Below are positions 57,392-64,000 of a DNA stretch of 64,000 bases, piece by piece. Origin of the DNA: Methanobacteriota archaeon (lineage in GTDB: Archaea; Methanobacteriota; Methanobacteria; Methanobacteriales; Methanobacteriaceae); contig CAWBCJ010000029.1 of the NCBI GenBank assembly GCA_963787255.1, positions 704,001-768,000 of the forward strand, read 5' to 3'. The notes below the pieces were generated by a model that saw only the letters and a list, made by a program, of their open reading frames with translations, was not told the DNA's origin and ran no database searches. Position 1 is the stretch's first letter. Each line of letters begins with the position of its first letter. The translations under genes were made by a program, and so were the position numbers.

Positions 57392-58398
57392 TGGCTCATG
57401 TTGCTGAATGGAAAAGAGAAGAGGTCAATGACCTTAAAGAACTTATAAAAAGTCACAGTGTAGTGGGTATGGCCAATCTGGCAGATATACCAGCTCCTCA
57501 ACTCCAGAAAATGAGAAGAAACTTAAAGGATACTACAACCATTAAAATGTCAAGAAAGACATTAATGAGCTTGGCTTTAGGCGAATCTGAAAAAGATAAT
57601 ATAGTTGCACTTGGTGAACATATGGAAGGTCAGCCAGCATTGATCTTTACAAACATGAACCCATTTAAGCTCTATAAAATTCTTGAAGATAGTAAAACAG
57701 CCGCGCCTGCAAAAGCAGGAAGTATAGCTCCTTCAGATATTGTAGTGCCTAAAGGTGACACTTCATTTAAACCAGGTCCTATTCTTGGAGAGCTTCAAAA
57801 AGTCGGTATTCCTGCTAAAATTGATAAAGGAAAAATTGTTATAACCAAGGATAAGGTAATTGTTGCTGAAGGGGAAGCAGTTCCTCGAAATGTGGCAGGT
57901 ATTCTTACAAGGCTTGAAATTGAGCCAATGGAAGTTGGAATTGACTTAGTAGCAGCTTATGAAGACCAGACAGTGTATACATCTGACCTTTTAACTATAG
58001 ATGAAGAGAAAACATTATCTGACATACAGAAAGCGTTCTCTCAAGCACTGAATCTATCAGTAAATGCATCTATATACACTAAAGAAGCTATGCCGCTTAT
58101 TATACAGAATGCTGCAATTAAAGCAATGAATCTTGCATTAAATGCAGAAATACTCACATCAAAAACAACAGATTTACTGTTATCCAAGGCTTACTCACAG
58201 ATGTTAGCATTAGCATCTGATTTATCATCAGTAGATGAAAAAGCACTTGATGATGAACTTCTGGATAAACTGAAATCACGCCCACAGGCGGTTGAAGTTA
58301 AAGCGGAAGATAAAGAAGACGAAGAAGAAGACGAAGAAGAAGACGAAGAAGATAAAGAAGAAGATGCAGCAGCAGGGCTAGGCGCCTTGTTCGGCTAA
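57391..58398 (+). CDS. rplP0: 50S ribosomal protein L10 (P0)
   Basis: [21 protein letters not shown], acidic tail ending GLGALFG. Confidence 0.97.
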   Translation: MAHVAEWKREEVNDLKELIKSHSVVGMANLADIPAPQLQKMRRNLKDTTTIKMSRKTLMSLALGESEKDNIVALGEHMEGQPALIFTNMNPFKLYKILEDSKTAAPAKAGSIAPSDIVVPKGDTSFKPGPILGELQKVGIPAKIDKGKIVITKDKVIVAEGEAVPRNVAGILTRLEIEPMEVGIDLVAAYEDQTVYTSDLLTIDEEKTLSDIQKAFSQALNLSVNASIYTKEAMPLIIQNAAIKAMNLALNAEILTSKTTDLLLSKAYSQMLALASDLSSVDEKALDDELLDKLKSRPQAVEVKAEDKEDEEEDEEEDEEDKEEDAAAGLGALFG

Positions 58399-58435
58399 AC
58401 TTTATTAAATATTTTTAAAATTTGAGGTGATCATA

Positions 58436-58741
58436 ATGGAATATATATACGCAGCAATGTTATTGCACACAACAGGTCAGGAAATTAACGAAGAAAATGT
58501 AACAAAGGTTTTAGAAGCAGCAGGAGCAGAAGCAGACGATGCAAGAGTAAAAGCATTAATCGCAGCACTTGAAGATGTGGACATCGAAGAAGCAATGGAG
58601 AAAACCGCAGTAGCAGCAGCAGCTCCAGCAGCAGCAGCTCCAGCAGCAGAAGAAAAACCTGAAGAGGAAGAGGAAGAGGAAGAAGACGAGGAAGAAAAAG
58701 AAGAAGAAGCCGCAGCAGGTCTCGGCGCACTCTTCGGATAA
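58436..58741 (+). CDS. rpl12: 50S ribosomal protein L12 (P1)
   Basis: [11 protein letters not shown], Ala-rich hinge, acidic tail GLGALFG. Confidence 0.97.
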   Translation: MEYIYAAMLLHTTGQEINEENVTKVLEAAGAEADDARVKALIAALEDVDIEEAMEKTAVAAAAPAAAAPAAEEKPEEEEEEEEDEEEKEEEAAAGLGALFG

Positions 58742-58751
58742 TTCCGATTCG

Positions 58752-58790
58752 AAGCCAAGAAATTGGCTTTCCTTACTATTTTTTTTATTT
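58752..58790 (+). terminator. Hairpin plus oligo-T after rpl12
   Basis: AAGCCA..TGGCTT stem followed by a T-run. Confidence 0.5.
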
Positions 58791-58833
58791 TAATTATAAT
58801 TTTAAAATTTAATAACTTTTATCACTGATTACT

Positions 58834-61539
58834 ATGTCTAACCAGCTTGAAGAACTTGGATATACTAAAAAAACATGTATTACTTGTGGAAACGATTTCT
58901 GGTCTATTGGAGATAGAAAAACTTGTGGTGACGCCCCATGCGATGAATATGAATTCATTGGGAATCCTGCAACAAGTAAAAAATATGACCTTTATGAAAT
59001 TCAGAAGACTTTCATGGAATTTTTTGCCGAAAAAGGCCACACACCAATAAAAAGATATCCTGTTCTTGCAAAAAGATGGAGAGACGACGTTTTTTTAGTA
59101 GGCGCATCAATTTACGATTTTCAACCATGGGTCACATCAGGAGCAGTAGATCCTCCTGCAAACCCATTAGTAATCGCACAACCATCAATTAGACTTAATG
59201 ATGTGGATAATGTCGGAAGGACCGGCAGGCACATGACTTGTTTTACAATGGGTGGACATCACGCATTTAATTCTCCTAAAGAACAAATTTACTGGGAAGA
59301 TGAAACAGTAAAATACTGTCATGACTTTATTAAACACATTGGAATCAACCCAGAAGAAATTACTTACATTGAATCATGGTGGGAAGGCGGAGGAAACGCA
59401 GGTCCCTGTTATGAAATTTGTGTTAGAGGGGTAGAATTAGCAACACTTGTTTTTATAAAATACAAAACACTTCCTGGCGGAAAACTTGAAGAAATCCCTC
59501 TTACGATTGTTGACACTGGATACGGGCTTGAAAGATTTGCTTGGATATCGCAGGGAACTCCAACAGCTTATGATGCTTCATTTGGTCCAGTAATAAATGA
59601 ATTAAAGGATTTATCTGGTATTGAAGTGAATGAAAGCATTCTTGCTGAAAACGCCCAGGTAGCTGGAATGATGGACATTGAAACTTTCGCAGACTTAAGA
59701 GAGTTAAGGAAAAAGGTTGCTGAAAGGCTTAATATAACACTTGATGAACTTGAAGAAGCTACAAAGCCAATGGAAGCAATATATGTAATTGCAGACCATA
59801 CAAGATGTCTGGCATTTATGCTTGCAGATGGTGTAATTCCATCCAACGTTAAAGAAGGATATCTGGCAAGACTCGTTTTAAGAAGAACAATTCGTTTCAT
59901 AAAAGACTTAGGATTAGAAGAATCATTAGCAGATATGATGAAAATACAGCTTGATTTCTTATCAAAAACTTATCCTGAAATTAAGCATCATCAAGATCAT
60001 ATACTTAATATTATCAATTTAGAAGATAAGAGATACCTTAAAACAGTTTCAAAGGGCAGAAAACTTGTAAAAACGACAATAAAACAGCTTAAAAAACAGA
60101 ATAAAGATGAAATACCTCTTGAAACACTTATAAAACTTTATGATTCTCATGGAATCCCTCCAGAAACCATTAATGAGATTGCAGCAGAAAACAATTTCAA
60201 AGCAGAAGTTCCTGATAATTTTTATACATTAGTTGCAAATGAGCATGCAGAAGAAGTTCAAGAAGAAAAAGAGGAAATAAAGCTTAATTTTCCCCTTACA
60301 GATTTATTATTCTATGAAAAGCCTTATGATACACAATTTGAAGCTCATGTAATTGGAACTTATGAAAATAACGTTATATTGGACCAGACTATTTTCTATC
60401 CTGAAGGAGGAGGGCAGCCGTCAGATATTGGATTCCTTTCCATTCGCGGTGAAAAAATAAAGGTTCTTCATGCTGAAAAGATAAATAATATTGTTTTACA
60501 CAAGGTAAACGAAGAAGATATTGAAAAAGTGCACCCTTATAAAGGCCAGATAATAAATGGGCAAATTGATCTTAGAAGGCGCCAGGCTCTTACTAGGAAC
60601 CATACTGCAACTCATTTAATAATTGCTGCTGCAAGAAAGGTTTTAGGCGACCATGTATGGCAGGCAGGGGCTCAAAAAGGTGTTAAAAGGTCAAGAATTG
60701 ATATTTCCCATTACAAACGGATAAAACCTGAAGAACTTCAGGAGATTGAACTTCTTGCAAATAGATATGTTATGGAAAATCGCAGTGTGCTTACTAACTG
60801 GATGGCCAGGGCAGAAGCCGAGAAAAAATATGGATTTATCCTTTACCAGGGCGGAGTAGTTCCAGGAATGTCTATAAGAACAGTAAAAATTGAAGATGTT
60901 GATGTGCAGGCCTGTGCAGGAACACATTGTTCAATGACGGGAGATATTGGGCTTATTAAGATTACCAAAACTGAAAGAATTCAGGACGGGGTGGAAAGGA
61001 TTGAATTTTCAGCGGGCGAAGCCGCAATTGAGGCTGCTCAGTCTAAAGATAATCTTTTAAAAGAAAGCGCCGCAGTTTTCAAGGTTGAACCAGAACAGCT
61101 CCCTAAAACCTGTGATAGATTCTTCAGTGAGTGGAAATCATTTAAAAATGAAATAAATAGACTTAAGGGTCAGATAGCAACATTAAAGATGAAAACTTTA
61201 ATGGGCAAATCCGAAAAAATTGGTGATCTAAATGTTTTAGAAGACATGATTGATGCAGATATAGGTGAAATGCAAAAAATGGCTTTAGACCTCACTGATG
61301 ATGACGGAGAGTTTGACGTGGTTCTTCTAGGTAATTTAGAAGGTAAAATAGTAGGAACTTCCTCTGCCCATGCAATAGAATATGGTATTAAAATTAATGA
61401 AATAATTAAAGAGGCTGCAACTATTCTTGGTGGTGGAGGTGGCGGAAGACCTAATCTTGCCCAAGGTGCGGGTCCAAAATCCGAAAAGATGAGAGAAGCA
61501 CTTGATTTTTCATTAGACAAAATTAAAGCTAAGTTCTAA
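58834..61539 (+). CDS. alaS: Alanine--tRNA ligase (archaeal type)
   Basis: N-terminal Zn motif CITC..CGDAPC, VGRTGRH, DTGYGLER, ADHTR, HTATH, CAGTH editing site, GGGGGG. Confidence 0.97.
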   Translation: MSNQLEELGYTKKTCITCGNDFWSIGDRKTCGDAPCDEYEFIGNPATSKKYDLYEIQKTFMEFFAEKGHTPIKRYPVLAKRWRDDVFLVGASIYDFQPWVTSGAVDPPANPLVIAQPSIRLNDVDNVGRTGRHMTCFTMGGHHAFNSPKEQIYWEDETVKYCHDFIKHIGINPEEITYIESWWEGGGNAGPCYEICVRGVELATLVFIKYKTLPGGKLEEIPLTIVDTGYGLERFAWISQGTPTAYDASFGPVINELKDLSGIEVNESILAENAQVAGMMDIETFADLRELRKKVAERLNITLDELEEATKPMEAIYVIADHTRCLAFMLADGVIPSNVKEGYLARLVLRRTIRFIKDLGLEESLADMMKIQLDFLSKTYPEIKHHQDHILNIINLEDKRYLKTVSKGRKLVKTTIKQLKKQNKDEIPLETLIKLYDSHGIPPETINEIAAENNFKAEVPDNFYTLVANEHAEEVQEEKEEIKLNFPLTDLLFYEKPYDTQFEAHVIGTYENNVILDQTIFYPEGGGQPSDIGFLSIRGEKIKVLHAEKINNIVLHKVNEEDIEKVHPYKGQIINGQIDLRRRQALTRNHTATHLIIAAARKVLGDHVWQAGAQKGVKRSRIDISHYKRIKPEELQEIELLANRYVMENRSVLTNWMARAEAEKKYGFILYQGGVVPGMSIRTVKIEDVDVQACAGTHCSMTGDIGLIKITKTERIQDGVERIEFSAGEAAIEAAQSKDNLLKESAAVFKVEPEQLPKTCDRFFSEWKSFKNEINRLKGQIATLKMKTLMGKSEKIGDLNVLEDMIDADIGEMQKMALDLTDDDGEFDVVLLGNLEGKIVGTSSAHAIEYGIKINEIIKEAATILGGGGGGRPNLAQGAGPKSEKMREALDFSLDKIKAKF

Positions 61540-61676
61540 TGAATTAGTTTTTTAATTTTTAAATATCATTTCTTTTTAATTCTTATTGAATTTTAATCCT
61601 TAAAATTCCTTTTTTCATGTTAATAAACTAGATATATTATGATCTAAATAAATTTAATAGATTATTAGAAAACAAG

Positions 61677-61696
61677 TTTATATAACAATAGTTATA
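61677..61696 (+). promoter_or_regulatory. TATA box overlapped by operator TATAACAATAGTTATA upstream of the marker-16 gene
   Basis: TTTATATA 61677-61684; core TAACAATAGTTA 61683-61694, identical to the copy at 9485. Confidence 0.78.
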
Positions 61697-61729
61697 AATT
61701 TCAAGATATGATGATTACGGAGGAATTTT

Positions 61730-62989
61730 TTGAATATCCGCTCAATTGAAGAAATTAACCATAAAATTGAAAGAGGAGAAGCAACAGTTCTCACAGCAGA
61801 AGAAGTCAGTGACCTTGTTAGGAATGGGAAAGAGCCAAATGCAGAAGATATCGATGTTATAACTACAGGAACATGTGGAATAATGTCCGGAACAGCAGCG
61901 ATATTCCACGTAAAAGCAGGGGAACCAGGATCATTTAAAAAAGCCAAAAGCGTGCATTTAAATGGAGTACCAGGATTTCCAGGCCCATGTCCAAACGAAT
62001 GGCTTGGATCAGTTGACATGATGGTTTATGGAACAGCCCACAGTATTTACGATGAAGATTACGGTGGAGGATTTTTATTTAAGGATATTGTTTCTGGAAA
62101 AGACATAGAAATTGAGGTAGAATCTATAAACGGCGAAAAAATAAAATCAACAGTTAATATAGGTGATTTCGGATCAGCAAGAATGATTGGAACTCGTTTA
62201 GCGTTTAAAAATTACACTGCATTCCTGAACCCTAATAATGAACCTGTTGCATCAATATTCAATGCAATAGAAATGGAAGGGCCTTATAGGGGACTTTCAT
62301 TTTCAGGTTGCGGGGAATTAAATCCTTTACAAAACGATCCAGTAATGAATACCATAAAGACAGGCACTAAAGTACTTATGTGCGGCTCAGAAGGAATGGT
62401 AATTGGGAATGGAACAAGAAGCACTCCAGAAAAGCCAAATTTAATGATTTCTGCTGATATGTACGATATGGATCCTCATTTCCTTGGTGGATTTAAAACT
62501 GCTGCAGGACCGGAAGTTTTCAATAGCGTAGCTGCGGCAATTCCTGTTTTAAATGATGAGATCTTGAAAAACACTTATATCAAAAATGAAGATATTCCAC
62601 TCCCTATTGCAGATATAAGGGGAAGACACTTGCCTCTAGGCTCTACAAATTATGCCGAAGTTTGGGGAGATGTAGATGAACGGCCAATTTATTATCTAGA
62701 AGAATGTAGAAACTGTGAAGTGTGTATTGTGCGTGAAAGATGTCCTACAGGAGCGTACAATAAAACTCTAAATGTAAAAAGATGTTTTGGCTGTGGAATG
62801 TGTGCTTATTCCTGTCCTTACGGTGCATTTGAAATGAAACGCGGTAAAATTAAGTTTAAAGTTGAAGACAGACTCATTGATGTTCCTGTTATATGTCGTC
62901 AATCTGATATTAAAAGAGCACGTGAATTAGCTAATGATCTTAAAAAGAGAGTTCTTGAAGGAAAATTTTCGATTTCAAAATGTTATTGA
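61730..62989 (+). CDS. Methanogenesis marker 16 metalloprotein (DUF39/COG1900 + 2x[4Fe-4S]); reported as coenzyme M synthase (ComF-type)
   Basis: DVITTGT.G.MSGT, GPCPNE.LG.VD, YGGGFLF, SGCGELNP.QNDP, GTRS; C-terminal CxxCxxC..CP and CFGCGMCAYSCP; GGAGG RBS with TTG start. Confidence 0.82.
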   Translation: MNIRSIEEINHKIERGEATVLTAEEVSDLVRNGKEPNAEDIDVITTGTCGIMSGTAAIFHVKAGEPGSFKKAKSVHLNGVPGFPGPCPNEWLGSVDMMVYGTAHSIYDEDYGGGFLFKDIVSGKDIEIEVESINGEKIKSTVNIGDFGSARMIGTRLAFKNYTAFLNPNNEPVASIFNAIEMEGPYRGLSFSGCGELNPLQNDPVMNTIKTGTKVLMCGSEGMVIGNGTRSTPEKPNLMISADMYDMDPHFLGGFKTAAGPEVFNSVAAAIPVLNDEILKNTYIKNEDIPLPIADIRGRHLPLGSTNYAEVWGDVDERPIYYLEECRNCEVCIVRERCPTGAYNKTLNVKRCFGCGMCAYSCPYGAFEMKRGKIKFKVEDRLIDVPVICRQSDIKRARELANDLKKRVLEGKFSISKCY

Positions 62990-63009
62990 CTAACTTGAAT
63001 TAAAAAAGA

Positions 63010-63441
63010 TTAGATTTTGAATCCAGGTATTTGGGGAATTGATTGTGAACCAAACATTAATAAACCTACAATAAATCCAAGAACAAGCGCTATAAATAAT
63101 AAAAGGATTATGTTTCCTATTCCCACTCCTGATTTTTCTTTATAGTCCTCTTCATAATAGTCTTTTTGATGGGATTCGGCTTCTTCATATTCCACATCAT
63201 ATTCATTATCATAATGGGAATAATCAGGGCTTTCTGGTACTGAATCTTCAGTATATTTCTTTTTTATTGGTTTTTCAACTATTTGAGAATTATCAGGACC
63301 AATTGATTTCGAATCTTTATAATATTTCTTTTTTTTCATGGGATTAGGAGGCAAATCTAAAAGCTGCATTCCACAGTTAGGGCAGTATTCTTCGCCTTTA
63401 TCAATGTTTGCTCCACAGTTATCACAGATCATATCAATCAT
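63010..63441 (-). CDS. Zinc-ribbon protein with C-terminal TM helix
   Basis: CDNCG..YCPNCG, acidic linker, hydrophobic C-terminus. Confidence 0.75.
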   Translation of the reverse strand: MIDMICDNCGANIDKGEEYCPNCGMQLLDLPPNPMKKKKYYKDSKSIGPDNSQIVEKPIKKKYTEDSVPESPDYSHYDNEYDVEYEEAESHQKDYYEEDYKEKSGVGIGNIILLLFIALVLGFIVGLLMFGSQSIPQIPGFKI

Positions 63442-63558
63442 TTTTAAGGAGTTTAAGAAATTTAATATTTTTTTTATTCTTTAAGTTTTAATATTTTTAT
63501 TTTTTTGGCTAAAATATATTTATTATTATATTGGAAAATAGGATAATGATTACTATTT

Positions 63559-64000
63559 TCATATTAAATTTATAAAACCTAAACTTTTTGCATAATTTAT
63601 TGTTTCTTCCATTTCATGCTGCGTTGGGTAGCGCATTATTTTAGGGGATTCATTTGCCATGTAGACTGGTCTGTATTGTCCCATTATGTTTACAACTGTT
63701 TCATTTCCTAAATTTTTAGATACCCACTTTAAAATTGGCTTTGAGCAACATTCGACATGGTCTGGTAATACAAGATGTCTTATGATCATATCTCCTGCTT
63801 TTTTTGCCATCAAATGATTCCGGGTAATGGTATCCCAGTAATTTGCTACTTCTGAAAGCTTTTCTGCACAATCTGAAGGTCCATATTTAAAATCGCTTAG
63901 ATAAAGGTCAATAAAACCGTCAAGAAGCTTCATAGCATCTTCGCTCAAGTAGAAATTACTGTTCCAGATTACTGGAATATTTTCCTTACTTAATCTCATT
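63559..64000 (-). CDS. Radical SAM protein (PflX-like), 3' part only
   Basis: WNSNFY, DLYLSDFKYG, IIRHLVLP.H..C, VNIMGQYRP. Confidence 0.8.
   Translation of the reverse strand, partial: MRLSKENIPVIWNSNFYLSEDAMKLLDGFIDLYLSDFKYGPSDCAEKLSEVANYWDTITRNHLMAKKAGDMIIRHLVLPDHVECCSKPILKWVSKNLGNETVVNIMGQYRPVYMANESPKIMRYPTQHEMEETINYAKSLGFINLI

Noticed and set aside
58300-58730. GAAGAAGAC and GCAGCA tandem repeats
   Set aside because: They encode the normal acidic tails and Ala hinge of P0/L12; not CRISPR or satellite DNA.
1-64000. CRISPR array, transposase, integrase, prophage or rRNA
   Set aside because: No regularly spaced repeats or such genes recognised in the window.

Overview
AT-rich chromosomal segment of a hydrogenotrophic methanogenic archaeon, most consistent with Methanobacteriales/Methanobacterium (inferred from TfuA, ComA, methanogenesis marker 16, Topo VI, TFE, Spt5, archaeal L11-L1-P0-L12 and AlaRS). 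Bases 1-12.2 kb form a dense sulfur-metabolism island: cysE, a Cys-rich HTH regulator, cysS, tRNA-Cys, metY, metX-CBS, iscS-iscU, a MOSC protein, thi4, thiI and a cystathionine gamma-synthase/lyase. The strongest signal not explained by gene annotation is a palindromic operator, TAAC-N4-GTTA (consensus TATAACAATTGTTATA). It occurs at 850, 3168, 3336, 9485+9499 and 12202+12216, about 49 kb further on at 61683 (upstream of the marker-16/CoM synthase gene), and in degenerate form at 53308 (comA). All copies found are upstream of sulfur-related genes, usually next to a TATA box. This suggests a sulfur regulon controlled by the autoregulated HTH protein at 967. Also notable: a Cys-type (suicide) Thi4; an atypical tRNA-Cys (A37, C73) next to a CysRS with a Cys->Asp Zn-ligand change; a five-gene putative lipid-linked pentofuranose glycosylation operon (17-22.4 kb); and an orphan ABC-ATPase/GTPase/FeS triad coupled to comA. 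Several genes carry single-base frameshifts, concentrated in the first 2.8 kb and probably partly sequencing error. No CRISPR array, rRNA or transposase was seen. Family calls are from motif recognition by eye; no searches were run.
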